DNA of 64,000 nt from Nannocystaceae bacterium ST9 (GCA_048320885.1 JBLWFJ010000001.1:5633697-5697696), one strand, 5' to 3'. Counted from the stretch's first letter, positions 47,231 to 57,021 are shown. Numbers and translations are program-made. The notes: a model not told the origin generated them from the letters alone.

Positions 47231-48702
47231 GTTCCACCTCCCGGACGGCCGATGAACTCGGCCTCGACCACGCCGGAGAAGCCCAGGTCGTCGCTGACCC
47301 GCAGCTCGAGGATCCCGTCGCCGAGCGCGTTGCTCCGGACCAGGAAGACCGGAAACTGCCGGGTGCTCTCGGGCTCGACCACCAGCGTGCCGCCCGGGAC
47401 CAGCAGCTCGGTGCCGTCGTCGCCGACCAGCTCGACGGTGAAGCGCCGCTCTTGGCTGGTCCGATTCTGGATGCGCAGCTCGAGCGAGTTCTGCACGCGC
47501 TGGTCGGGCAGCTGCACGAAGGGCGCGGCGCCGGCCTGGCGATGGAGGTTGAGCCCGACCGGCTGGCGGCCGCCGACCACGAACACCGCCGTGACCAGCA
47601 CGCAGGTCAGCGCGACCGCGTAGGCGATCACCCGCGGACGCAGGGCTCGCCGCCAGAAGCCCTGGCCCTCGATCGCGGCCACCCGCGACTGCGAGAGCGA
47701 GCCCGAGGCCGAGGGCGGCGTGGCTCCGCGCGAGCGATTGAGCCGACGCTCGCTGTCCAGCCGGACCAGCCCGGTCGGACGGTTGAGCTTGGTCATGATC
47801 GAGTCGCACGCGTCGATGCAGGCCATGCACTGCACGCACTCCATCTGCGCGCCCTTGCGAATGTCGATCCCGGTCGGGCACACGTTGACGCAGGCCCGGC
47901 AGTCGACGCAGTCGCCCATCGAGGGATCGGCGAGCTTGGCCGCCGGCTTGGCCCGCGGCTCGCCGCGCCCGACGTCGTAGCCGACGGTCAGCGAGTCGCG
48001 GTCGATCAGCACCGACTGGAAGCGACCGTAGGGGCACACGACCAGGCAGACCTGCTCGCGAAACCACGCGAAGTCGAAGAGCAGCGCGCCGGTGATCGCC
48101 AGAAAGGTCGCGGTCCCGGCCGGGTGCGAGAGCGGATCCATCTGGGCATGGAGCACCCCCTCGCGGCCGAGGAAGTACGCCGCGAAGGTCGTGCCCGCCC
48201 CGCCCGCGACGACCAGATAGAAGCTCCACTTGGTCAGCTTCTTGACCAGCTTCTTGCCGGTCCAGGGCGCCTCGTCGAGCTTGCGTCGGGCCACCCAGTC
48301 GCCCTCGATCAGCCGCTCGACCGGGCGGATCAGCGACTCGAGGAACACCGTCTGTGGGCAGCTCCAACCGCACCATGCCCGCCCGTAGAGCGCGGTGAAC
48401 AAGAACACGCTGAAGATGACCACGCCGGCGAAGAAGAGCAGGTAGGCCCCGTCCGTGGCCATGAAGGTCATGCCCCAGAAGTAGAGCCGGCGGCCGGGGA
48501 TGTCGATCCGGGTGGCCGGGTGGCCACCGATGTCGATCCAGGGGCCGATCAGCAAGAGCACGATCAGCACCCAATGCACGGCGGTGCGGATCGTCAGCTT
48601 TCGACCGCGGATCCACTTGGGGTAGAGCCACACCCGTCGGCCGCCGGTGCCGATGGTCGGCGTGACGATGTCAGGCTCTTCGATGTCGTCGACGTGGCGC
48701 AT
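47227..48702 (-). CDS. ccoG: cbb3 oxidase accessory 4Fe-4S ferredoxin CcoG/FixG
   Basis: TM helices. Two ferredoxin motifs CGWSCP…C and CVDCRACVNVCP…C..C..C..C. FixG C-terminal domain. Confidence 0.9.
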   Translation of the reverse strand: MRHVDDIEEPDIVTPTIGTGGRRVWLYPKWIRGRKLTIRTAVHWVLIVLLLIGPWIDIGGHPATRIDIPGRRLYFWGMTFMATDGAYLLFFAGVVIFSVFLFTALYGRAWCGWSCPQTVFLESLIRPVERLIEGDWVARRKLDEAPWTGKKLVKKLTKWSFYLVVAGGAGTTFAAYFLGREGVLHAQMDPLSHPAGTATFLAITGALLFDFAWFREQVCLVVCPYGRFQSVLIDRDSLTVGYDVGRGEPRAKPAAKLADPSMGDCVDCRACVNVCPTGIDIRKGAQMECVQCMACIDACDSIMTKLNRPTGLVRLDSERRLNRSRGATPPSASGSLSQSRVAAIEGQGFWRRALRPRVIAYAVALTCVLVTAVFVVGGRQPVGLNLHRQAGAAPFVQLPDQRVQNSLELRIQNRTSQERRFTVELVGDDGTELLVPGGTLVVEPESTRQFPVFLVRSNALGDGILELRVSDDLGFSGVVEAEFIGRPGGGT

Positions 48703-48724
48703 GATGATGATTCGCAGATTGCGA

Positions 48725-49339
48725 CTAGTTCGTGGGCTTGGCAGGTCCGTCCGCGCTGGCGACCGGGCCATCGACGATCGGATTGCCTTCGGCCTTCTTG
48801 GGGTTGGCCGGCGTCGTGCCTCGCAAGGTCCGCACATAGGCGCCGACCTGGTAGATCTCGGTCAGCCCGAGCTGATCCTTCCAGGCCAACATTCCCTTGG
48901 GCGTACCCGTATAGATGATTCGCACGATGTGGTTGCGCTCGTACCCGTAGATCGAGAAGTCGTCGGTCAGGTTGGGCCCGACCAAGCCACCACCGTCGGC
49001 GGCGTGACACGACGCGCAGCGGACGGCGAAGGTCGCCGCGCCGGCCTGCACGAACGCCGGATCCTCGGCCATCGCGGCCAGCTCCTGATCCGACGCCAGC
49101 TTGGGCGGCGGGTGCAGCTGATACCACTCGTTCATCGCCTGCGCCCAGGTCTCGCGCGGCAGGCCGCCCGGGCCGAAGTGGTAGTAGGGCACGTAGACCA
49201 GCGCGAACACGATGGTCCCGTAGAACAGGTAGACCCACCACTTCGGCAGCGGATTGTCGTACTCCTGAATGCCGTCGTAGTCGTGGGAGAGCACTTCATC
49301 CGCGCGCGGATGACTCGGTCGGCTGTCGGACTTGGACAT
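48725..49339 (-). CDS. ccoP: cbb3 oxidase subunit CcoP (monohaem variant)
   Basis: N-terminal CcoP motif …YDGIQEYDNPLPKWW…. Single CASCH haem site. 204 aa, shorter than the dihaem form. Confidence 0.8.
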   Translation of the reverse strand: MSKSDSRPSHPRADEVLSHDYDGIQEYDNPLPKWWVYLFYGTIVFALVYVPYYHFGPGGLPRETWAQAMNEWYQLHPPPKLASDQELAAMAEDPAFVQAGAATFAVRCASCHAADGGGLVGPNLTDDFSIYGYERNHIVRIIYTGTPKGMLAWKDQLGLTEIYQVGAYVRTLRGTTPANPKKAEGNPIVDGPVASADGPAKPTN

Positions 49340-49348
49340 CGTCGATTC

Positions 49349-49543
49349 CTAGGCGTGAGAGGTGGAGGGGAGCGGCTCGACGGGGACGTCGTCGGAGAGC
49401 GGCATGGTCGAGCAGGCCGCGTAGACCTGCTTCGAGCCGGGCCGGAACATCCAGATCAGCGCGCCGAGGAAGATCGTCATGAACATGACGATGGCGACGG
49501 CGCCGAGCCAGGCGAGATCACTGAGGGCGAGTACGTCTTTCAT
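49349..49543 (-). CDS. ccoQ: CcoQ-like small membrane subunit
   Basis: MKDVLALSDLAWLGAVAIVMFMTIFLGALIWMFRP… Immediately downstream of ccoNO. Start chosen at the internal ATG. Confidence 0.5.
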   Translation of the reverse strand: MKDVLALSDLAWLGAVAIVMFMTIFLGALIWMFRPGSKQVYAACSTMPLSDDVPVEPLPSTSHA

Positions 49544-49572
49544 GGGATCACTCGATGATTGGCGGCGCCGAT

Positions 49573-51750
49573 TCACTGGACTTCCGGGACGTCGACTTCG
49601 GCGGTGAATTCGTCGCTGGCACCGCGACCGTCACGGCCGAGCCGCTGCAGATAGGCGATCAGCGCGACCATCTTCTTGTCGCGGATGTCGGGCATGCCCT
49701 GATCGATCAGGCCCTGAGCGATCTCGTTGGCCTGCAGCTGGGCGAGGTCGCCGGCGACGGCGATCTCGTCCTCGTCGTAGGGAGCACCCATTGCGCCGAG
49801 CGCCCCGACCTTGGCGCTGGTCCGCGACAGATCGAGCGGCTGCTCGGCCAGATGCGCGTAGTTGGGCATCAGCGACGCGGGCGAGAGCTTGCGCGGATCC
49901 ATCAGGTGCTCGTAGTGCCACGAATCGGGGTACTTGCCGCCGACCCGGAGCAGGTCGGGGCCGATTCGCCGCGAGCCGAACAAGAAGGGACGATCGTAGA
50001 TGAACTCGCCGGCCTTGGCGTAATCGCCGTAGCGCAGCGTCTCCTCGCGGAAGGGCCGGACCAGCTGCGAGTGGCAGCCGACGCAGCCCTCGCTGATGTA
50101 CACGTCGCGACCCTCGAGCTCGAGCGGCGACCAGGGCCGCACGCTGGCGATCGTCGGCACGTTGGACCGAATCGCCATGCTCGGGATCAGCTCGAAGATG
50201 CCGCCGGCCGCGACCGCGACCGTCACCCAGAGCGTGAACACCAGCGGCTTGCCCTCGAGCACGCGATGCCAGCCGGTGGTCTTGGGGTCGTCGGCAAGCG
50301 GGGTCGCCGGTCGGACCGGGACCGAGACCTCGGTGTCGGACAGATCCGCGCCGCGCTGCTGCCAGGTCTTGAACAGGTTCCAGAACATGATCAGGAACCC
50401 GGTGATGTAGAGGCTGCCGCCGATCGCCCGGACCAGGTACATGGGCGCGAGCGCAGGCACCATCTCGTCCCAGGTCCCGTAGACCAGCTTGCCGTCCGGA
50501 TCGAACTCCTTCCACATCAGGCCTTCGGTCACGCCCGAGACGTACATCGAGAGCACGTACACGCCGATGCCGATCAACCCGAACCAGAAGTGGGCGGTCG
50601 CCAGCGTCTTGCTGTGCAGCTCGGTCTTCCACAGCCGCGGGAGCAGCCAGTAGAGCATGCCGAACACGAAGAACCCGTTCCAGCCCAGCCCGCCGGCGTG
50701 GACGTGGGCGATCGTCCAATTGGTGAAGTGCGAGAGCGCGTTGACGCTCTTGAGCGAGAGCATCGGGCCCTCGAAGGTCGACATCCCGTAGAAGGTGATC
50801 GACGCGACGAAGAACTTGAGGACCGGATCGGTGCGCAGCTTGTGCCAGGCCCCGCGCAGGGTCAGCAGGCCGTTGATCATGCCGCCCCAGCTCGGGGCCA
50901 GCAGCATGATCGAGAACACCGTGCCGAGCGTCTGCGCCCAGTCGGGCAGGGCCGAGTTGAGCAGGTGGTGCGGGCCGGCCCAGATGTAGAGGAACACCAG
51001 CGCCCAGAAGTGGATGATCGACAGCCGATAGCTGTAGACCGGCCGCTGGGCGGCCTTGGGCATGTAGTAGTACATCAGCCCGAGATAGGGCGTGGTCAGG
51101 AAGAACGCGACCGCGTTGTGGCCGTACCACCACTGGACCAGGCCGTCCTGCACGCCCGCGAACACCGAGTAGCTGCGCAGCGGCCCGACCGGGATCGCCA
51201 TCGAGTTGACCACGTGCAGCACCGCGATCGCGAGGATCGACGCGATGTAGAACCACAGCGCGACATAGAGGTGCTTCTCGCGGCGCTTGCGGAGGGTCAG
51301 GAAGAAGTTGAGCCCGAACAGCACCCAGACCAGCGCGATCAGGATGTCGATCGGCCACTCGAGCTCGGCGTACTCCTTGCTGGTCGTGAACCCGAGCGGC
51401 AAGGTGATCGCCGCGGCCACGATGATCGACTGCCAGCCCCAGAAGTTGATCTTCGAGAGCAGATCGCTCGCCATGCGGGTCTTGAGCAGCCGCTGGGTCG
51501 AGTAGTAGATGCCCGCGAACATGCCGTTGCCGACGAAGGCGAAGATCACGGCGTTGGTGTGCAGCGGGCGGAGTCGGCCGAACGCCAGCTCCGGGATCAG
51601 GTTGAAGCGGTGGCTGGTCAGCTCGAGCGCCAGCAGCAGGCCGGCCAGCATGCCGATCAGGCCCCAGACGACGGTCGCGTACGCGAATTTGCGGACGATG
51701 GCGTCGTCGTAGCGGATCGTCTCGGTCGAAGGGGACGCGGATTCGCTCAC
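49573..51750 (-). CDS. ccoNO: cbb3-type cytochrome c oxidase, fused subunits I+II (CcoN–CcoO)
   Basis: 12-TM haem-copper oxidase core with His ligands (…HFWALVF…, …HVHAGGLGW…). Then a CcoO-like domain with CVGCHSQ. GTG start overlaps the ccoS stop. Confidence 0.95.
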   Translation of the reverse strand: MSESASPSTETIRYDDAIVRKFAYATVVWGLIGMLAGLLLALELTSHRFNLIPELAFGRLRPLHTNAVIFAFVGNGMFAGIYYSTQRLLKTRMASDLLSKINFWGWQSIIVAAAITLPLGFTTSKEYAELEWPIDILIALVWVLFGLNFFLTLRKRREKHLYVALWFYIASILAIAVLHVVNSMAIPVGPLRSYSVFAGVQDGLVQWWYGHNAVAFFLTTPYLGLMYYYMPKAAQRPVYSYRLSIIHFWALVFLYIWAGPHHLLNSALPDWAQTLGTVFSIMLLAPSWGGMINGLLTLRGAWHKLRTDPVLKFFVASITFYGMSTFEGPMLSLKSVNALSHFTNWTIAHVHAGGLGWNGFFVFGMLYWLLPRLWKTELHSKTLATAHFWFGLIGIGVYVLSMYVSGVTEGLMWKEFDPDGKLVYGTWDEMVPALAPMYLVRAIGGSLYITGFLIMFWNLFKTWQQRGADLSDTEVSVPVRPATPLADDPKTTGWHRVLEGKPLVFTLWVTVAVAAGGIFELIPSMAIRSNVPTIASVRPWSPLELEGRDVYISEGCVGCHSQLVRPFREETLRYGDYAKAGEFIYDRPFLFGSRRIGPDLLRVGGKYPDSWHYEHLMDPRKLSPASLMPNYAHLAEQPLDLSRTSAKVGALGAMGAPYDEDEIAVAGDLAQLQANEIAQGLIDQGMPDIRDKKMVALIAYLQRLGRDGRGASDEFTAEVDVPEVQ

Positions 51751-51938
51751 GATTCGGACTCCTGGGTGGGAAGGGGAGGGTTGGGGGAAGGCAGGCGTGC
51801 GTCGTCGTCGAAGAGCACCCGCAGCGGCGGAGTGTCGAGGTCGTCGAATTGGCCGTCGCGGGCCGCCACATAGAAGGCAAGGACCGCGGCGGCCACGAGC
51901 ACGCCGGCGAGCGGAATGAGGAAGTAGAGGACGGCCAT
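51747..51938 (-). CDS. ccoS: cbb3 oxidase maturation protein CcoS/FixS
   Basis: MAVLYFLIPLAGVLVAAAVLAFYVAARDGQFDDLDTPP… Single TM plus conserved DGQFDDL tail. The listed ORF may begin 7 codons upstream at TTG. Confidence 0.7.
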   Translation of the reverse strand: MAVLYFLIPLAGVLVAAAVLAFYVAARDGQFDDLDTPPLRVLFDDDARLPSPNPPLPTQESES

Positions 51939-52221
51939 GGGCGGCACGCTTCGCCCCAACCCTTACCCGGTTTCACCTCGCCGGTAAGCCTTGCGCGTGC
52001 GGCTAGTGATGCGCGGTGCGGTCGGCTCGCACGCAGAAGATTCGTGTTTCGGAATCGCTCGATGTTTCGGACCGCGAGGCTCGGCAGAGTTTGCGGGAAG
52101 CGAGGATTGCTTCGAGGATGCTCGCGCATCCTTCGCGGACGTTCGCTCGCCCGAGCGAGGGCGCGGCCCTTGGCCCGCGGATCGAAGATTGGTCTTGCCC
52201 CAAAATTTCAGACACCCAGTT

Positions 52222-53150
52222 TTATGCGGCCTGGCTGGCCGCGAGCTCTCCTGCGTAGTAGCTCCGCTCGTACTCGACCGGCTTGCAATAACCGATCGTC
52301 GAGTGTCGACGTTGGCCATTGTAAAAGATCCCGATCCACTCCGCAATCGATATTTTCGCTTGTTCGTGAGTGACGAAGACCTTGCGATAGACGTGCTCGC
52401 GTTTCAGCGTCGCGAAAAATGCCTCGGCCACGGCGTTGTCCCAGCAGTTCCCACGACGGCTCATGCTGCAGGTGATCCCGGCGCTGCCGAGTGCGTCTCG
52501 CACTCGCTTGGCGCTGAACTGCGAGCCTTGATCCGAGTGAAACATGAGGCCATCGTCGGACGGTGCGCGGCTCCCCAGTGCGGCGCTCAGAGCCTCGAGG
52601 ACGAGGTCGGCTCGCATGTGGTCGGCCGTGGCCCAGCCGACGACGCGTCGCGAGAACAGGTCGATGACGACCGCGAGGTACAACCAACCTGCGACCGTCC
52701 AGACGTAAGTGATGTCCGAGACCCACACGCGGTCTGGCGCTTCCACGTCGAACTGGCGCTCGAGCAAGTTGGGCGCGAGCTCGGCCGTGGGCTCGGCGTC
52801 GACCTTGCGGAATTTGGGCTTCAGATCGCCGCTGATGCCCATCTTGGTCATGAGCCGGGCGACTCGCTTGCGGTCTGTTTTGAAGCCGCGCGCTTCGAGT
52901 TCTGCGGTCACGCGCGGGCTGCCGTACGTGCCTCGGCTCTGGTGATGGATCTCGGTGATCTGCTGACTCAAGATCTCGTTCTCCTGCGAGCGGTTCGACG
53001 GTTCACGATCTCGCCAGGCGTAGTAGCCAGCTCGCGAGACGCCGAGAACCTTGCACATGAAGCTGATCGGGAAGTGGGCCTTCTCCGCCGCGATCAACTC
53101 GAAGGCCGCTACGCCTACGAGTTCTCCTTGGCGAAGAAGGCCGCGGCTTT
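52222..53150 (-). CDS. IS3-family transposase OrfB (DDE integrase core), expressed as an OrfAB fusion by -1 frameshift
   Basis: …VWVSDITYV…HSDQGSQFSAKRV…CWDNAVAEAFFATLKREHVY…. The frame is open upstream to ~53457 and overlaps orfA. Confidence 0.8.
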
Positions 53151-53414
53151 TTTTAGGAATTCGCGCTCCATTTGCAACTGCCGGTTTTCTCGCCGGAGCT
53201 TCTGAAGTTCGTCGCGCTCCTCGCTCGTCAATGGACCGGTTTCCGTCGGACCACGAGCGTCGACCTCCTCCTGCTTCGCCCACTGCCTGAGCGAGTTCTG
53301 GTTGAGATCGAGATCTCGAGCGACCTCGGCGATCGTCTTGCCCGACTGTCGCCAGATCTTGACGGCCTCGGCCTTCTGCTGGTCTGTGTAGGTCCTGCGC
53401 TTCCTGCGTGGCAC
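53115..53414 (-). CDS. IS3-family transposase OrfA (HTH)
   Basis: MPRRKRRTYTDQQKAEAVKIW…TIAEVARDLDLNQNSLRQW… leucine-zipper tail. Ends just after the A7G site. Confidence 0.85.
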   Translation of the reverse strand: MPRRKRRTYTDQQKAEAVKIWRQSGKTIAEVARDLDLNQNSLRQWAKQEEVDARGPTETGPLTSEERDELQKLRRENRQLQMEREFLKKAAAFFAKENS

Positions 53415-53506
53415 GGTGCTTGTCCTCCAGTTTCCATCTTCCGGAGGTGTCCATCAAATTGGGGTAGATCCAGATCGAGAATGTCGCGGTTCGCGACTCG
53501 CAGCAT

Positions 53507-54496
53507 TCAGCGAGCTTGCTCGATGAACGCGATCAAGGCCGCGACGAAGCGATCGGGCTGCTCGAGGTGGGCGGCATGGTCGGCGCGCGGGATCACGACC
53601 CATTGCTTGTCGGCTTGCGCGAGTCGGGTGAACAGCTTGGCCTGCCAGAGTCGATCGATCGGATCGTCGACGCCATGCAGGACCAACGTGGGGATGGTGA
53701 TCGCCTCCGGATCGAGGGCGTTGAATTGCTGGGTCGCGCGCCAGTCGGCCTTGATTGGATCGGCGGCCATCGACGCGCGCACATAGGCCGCGATCGCTTC
53801 GTCGGAGATCGTACCGGGCGTGTCGAAGTCGGAGGCCGCGGCCTCTTCGGTGTTGGGCTTGCGCGGCGGCTCGCCCTTGCCGGCCGAGGTCGGCGTGCGA
53901 GCGTCGGGGTCGCGCGGGTAGCCGTAGAGCGTCAGCGTGCGCGCGGCCTCCGGGTGCCGCTGCACGCAGAGCTGGCCGACCAGCGCGCCGTAGGACCAGC
54001 CGAGCAGATCGGGCGCCGCGCCCTCGCGCTCGCGCACGAACGCCAGCGCGGCCGCGAGGTCTTCGGCCGCGCGATCGGGCTCGAGCCAGCCACTCGCGTC
54101 GCGCTCGGTCCCGCCGTAGCCGCGCAGATCGAGCGCATAGCTGACGTAGCCACGCTCGCGCAGGCGATGCATCAGCGAGAGCGATCGATCCTCGCCGACT
54201 CGAAGATCGAAGTCGGGCAACCCGCTCCAGGTCCGACCGTGCAGCAGCAGCACTGTGCCGCGCGAGGGCCCCTCGGCCGCGAGCCGCCACACTCGCAGCG
54301 CGTGGCCGTCGTCGGCCGTGACGGTGAGCGCCTCGGGTTCGGCGACCACCGCCGCGGCGGGCTCGGGCTCGGCGGGCGTGGGTTCGCTCGCGGGCGTGGG
54401 CGCATCGATCGTCGGGGTCGTGCACGGCGGGCACTCGCTCGGGGCCGGACAGGCGAGCAGGATCGAGGCGAGCGCGAGCGGGAGGGCGCGGAGCAT
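53507..54496 (-). CDS. Secreted/lipoprotein alpha/beta hydrolase
   Basis: MLRALPLALASILLACP lipobox. HG…GWSYG nucleophile elbow. C-terminal HGVDD…H catalytic region. Confidence 0.75.
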   Translation of the reverse strand: MLRALPLALASILLACPAPSECPPCTTPTIDAPTPASEPTPAEPEPAAAVVAEPEALTVTADDGHALRVWRLAAEGPSRGTVLLLHGRTWSGLPDFDLRVGEDRSLSLMHRLRERGYVSYALDLRGYGGTERDASGWLEPDRAAEDLAAALAFVREREGAAPDLLGWSYGALVGQLCVQRHPEAARTLTLYGYPRDPDARTPTSAGKGEPPRKPNTEEAAASDFDTPGTISDEAIAAYVRASMAADPIKADWRATQQFNALDPEAITIPTLVLHGVDDPIDRLWQAKLFTRLAQADKQWVVIPRADHAAHLEQPDRFVAALIAFIEQAR

Positions 54497-54556
54497 GGCG
54501 CAGGGTCGCAGGCGAATCGACGCCACCGCAAGTCGATGCAGTGATAGCGTTCGAGC

Positions 54557-56119
54557 ATGCGCAATCGTCCATGGTCCATGCTGGTCGCCGCGCCCTTGCT
54601 CTTCGCCTGCAAGCCGGACGGCGCCGACGAGTCCGCCGACGACGAGGTCGGTTCCAGCGACACGACCGGCGCCGACGATTCGGGGACCAGCGGGAGCGAG
54701 AGCGACACCGACACGGGCGAGACCGGCGAGCCCGAGCTGCCGGCCGAGCTGATCTTCGACGATCAGAACCGCGCGCTGATCCTGCATGGCATCAACGTCC
54801 ACAACGCGTCGAAGTACCAGGCCGATCGGCTGCCGACGATCAGCGAGGCCGACGTCCAGCGAATGGCCCACGACTGGGGCTTCAACGTGGTCCGCCTGCT
54901 GATCTTCTGGGACGCGATCGAGCCCGAACAGGGCGTCTACGACGACGCCTACCTCGAGGCGATCGCCCAGCGCGTGGCGTGGTTCGAGGCCGAAGGCATC
55001 TACGTCATCCTCGACATGCATCAGGACGTCTACTCGGAGATGTTCTGCTGCGACGGTGCGCCGGTCTGGGCGGTCCGCGACGACGGCGAGCCCTTCACCG
55101 AGCAGGATCTGTGGACCTCGAACTACAACCAACCGGCGGTCCAGCGCGCGTTCGACAATTTCTGGGCCGGCGACGCCGGGGCCCACGCCGACGTGCAAGC
55201 GCACTATGTGATGGCTTGGCAGCACGTCGCGGAGGCCTTCGTCGGCACGCCCAACCTGCTCGGCTACGATCTCATGAACGAGCCGTTCCCGGGCACCGGC
55301 TGGACGATCGCCGACCTCGACTCGCCGGATCCCGAGGGCCCGATCGCCGATTGGGGAGCCAACGAATTCACGCAGTTCTACGTTCGACTGATCGCCGGGA
55401 TTCGCGAGGTCGATCAAGACAGCTGGATGTTCTTCGAGCCGCGCTACGGCGCGCCGGCCAATGGCAAGCCGACCTTCCTCGGCCCGATCGACGATCCACG
55501 GGTCGAAGGTCCGCGCCTGGTCTATTATCCACACCTCTACCCGATCGAGCCCGAGATCTTCGACACCTACGCGCCCAACAATCCGACGATCCCCAACTGG
55601 GAGGCCAACCGGGCGATCGAGCAAGAAATGTTCGGCAGCGCGGTGATGCTCGGCGAATTCGGGATCATGCCGGATTGGAGCTTCGGGCCCGATCTGCTCG
55701 CGCAGGCGCTCGAGATGGCCGATCGAGCGACGACCGGCTGGACCTACTGGAGCTACGACACCAACGGGCGTGGAATCATCGATCCGATGGGCGCCGAGCG
55801 GCCGGCCGCGGGCATCCTGACCCGCACCTACGCGCAGCGGGTCGCCGGCACGCCGATCGAGCATTCGTACGATCCGGCCACGCGGGTGATGGTGCTTCGA
55901 TTCAATGATCGCAACGGCGTGCAGGGCCCGACCGAGATCTACGTCCCGGCCGCGCGCTGGTACCCCGAGGGCTGGGACGTGATCGTCGACGATCCGGACG
56001 GGACCTGGACCTCGAGCTGGGACGAGGCCCGCGAGCTGCTGAGCGTGACCACGGCGCGCAGCGAGGGGCCGGACCATCGGATCGAGGTTCGGCCGACGAT
56101 GGTGATGACCACGGATTGA
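54557..56119 (+). CDS. Glycoside hydrolase family 5 lipoprotein (cellulase/endoglycoceramidase-like)
   Basis: LLFAC lipobox. S/T/D linker. …NVVRLLIFWDAIEP…ILDMHQDVYS…LMNEP (catalytic acid)…GEFG (nucleophile region). Confidence 0.85.
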   Translation: MRNRPWSMLVAAPLLFACKPDGADESADDEVGSSDTTGADDSGTSGSESDTDTGETGEPELPAELIFDDQNRALILHGINVHNASKYQADRLPTISEADVQRMAHDWGFNVVRLLIFWDAIEPEQGVYDDAYLEAIAQRVAWFEAEGIYVILDMHQDVYSEMFCCDGAPVWAVRDDGEPFTEQDLWTSNYNQPAVQRAFDNFWAGDAGAHADVQAHYVMAWQHVAEAFVGTPNLLGYDLMNEPFPGTGWTIADLDSPDPEGPIADWGANEFTQFYVRLIAGIREVDQDSWMFFEPRYGAPANGKPTFLGPIDDPRVEGPRLVYYPHLYPIEPEIFDTYAPNNPTIPNWEANRAIEQEMFGSAVMLGEFGIMPDWSFGPDLLAQALEMADRATTGWTYWSYDTNGRGIIDPMGAERPAAGILTRTYAQRVAGTPIEHSYDPATRVMVLRFNDRNGVQGPTEIYVPAARWYPEGWDVIVDDPDGTWTSSWDEARELLSVTTARSEGPDHRIEVRPTMVMTTD

Positions 56120-56370
56120 CTCTGGTCCGTCGCGCCGGCGGCGAGAAAATGGCGGCTCGAAATTGGCGAATGGCGAGTGGCGCGGTCGAAATCCGCGCGC
56201 GGTCGGATGATCCCTTTTGGGCCAATCGAGATATCCCATCGTGCCCCACGCATGAATCCGCGCCGCGAGCTCATGCGTCGACGACGAGCGGCCCAACCGC
56301 GACGTCGAATTCGAGTGACTCACGTGCTTTTGATGGTTTCACTCATCGCCGTTTCGGACTACGATGAATC

Positions 56371-56865
56371 ATGACTCGGATGCGATACGCGGACGCCGAC
56401 TCGGTCGTGGTCTTGGATGACACCTACAGTCCGGTGATCATCGTCTCGTGGATCGGCGAGCCGACGCTCGAGCTCGTCGAGATCTACCAGCGGTGGCAGG
56501 GCGAGCAGATCGAGCGCGCCAAATCGGCCGGTCTTCGACTGATCTCGCTGACCGATTGCTCGCGCACCGAACGGCCGAGCTCGCGCGTCCGCAAGGCGTT
56601 CAGCGAGGACCCCGCGGAAGGCGAGGCCGTCTTTCTCAAGTCGATCGTCGTCATCACGAGTCCGGTGATTCGCGGGGCGCTGACGGCCGTGAAGTGGTTG
56701 ATGGGAGATCGTTTCGGAGACGTCGAGGTGGCGGAGTCGACCCGCGGCGCGATCACGAGGTGCCTCGATCTGCTCGATCAGCATGGAATCGCGCGCCCGA
56801 GCCTGTCACCGACGAGCTACAGGGGGCCCGTCGCGCACGCGGACGAGCGAGCCGAAGGCGGCTGA
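56371..56865 (+). CDS. Hypothetical protein
   Basis: 164-aa ORF following a lower-GC spacer. No recognisable motifs. Confidence 0.4.
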   Translation: MTRMRYADADSVVVLDDTYSPVIIVSWIGEPTLELVEIYQRWQGEQIERAKSAGLRLISLTDCSRTERPSSRVRKAFSEDPAEGEAVFLKSIVVITSPVIRGALTAVKWLMGDRFGDVEVAESTRGAITRCLDLLDQHGIARPSLSPTSYRGPVAHADERAEGG

Positions 56866-57021
56866 CCCGAAGCGCCCGACTTCGCACGCACGACGACGAG
56901 CTGGCGTCCGAGCGGCGGGCCATCGGCCCGCCCACGGGCCACTTCGAATGGCACGCTCGCAATCAACCGCGCGAGAATACTGGACTTCGATCGCGGCCCG
57001 CTCTTTGCGAGGGGCCCGAGC

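Larger units (their letters stand above)
52195..53468 (-). mobile_element. IS3-family insertion sequence (orfA + orfB with a programmed -1 frameshift site)
   Basis: Imperfect terminal inverted repeats: TGCCCCAAAATTTCAGACACC at ~52197, and its partner reverse-complemented at ~53466 (…GGTGTCCATCAAATTGGGGTA). Ends are approximate (±5 nt). OrfA is HTH. OrfB is DDE integrase (HSDQGSQF…CWDNAVAE). A7G slippery run at ~53147-53154 in the orfA/orfB overlap. Confidence 0.8.

Noticed and set aside
51991-53205. 404-aa plus-strand ORF spanning the ccoS upstream region and the IS element
   Set aside because: It crosses the IS3 inverted repeat and is antisense to orfB, with no motifs. Artefact.
56120-56370. 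Candidate Rho-independent terminator after the GH5 gene (GCGCGG-TCGAAAT-CCGCGC followed by CCCTTTTGGG)
   Set aside because: The T-run is ~15 nt away from the stem and short. In a 70% GC genome such palindromes are frequent. Left as unconfirmed.
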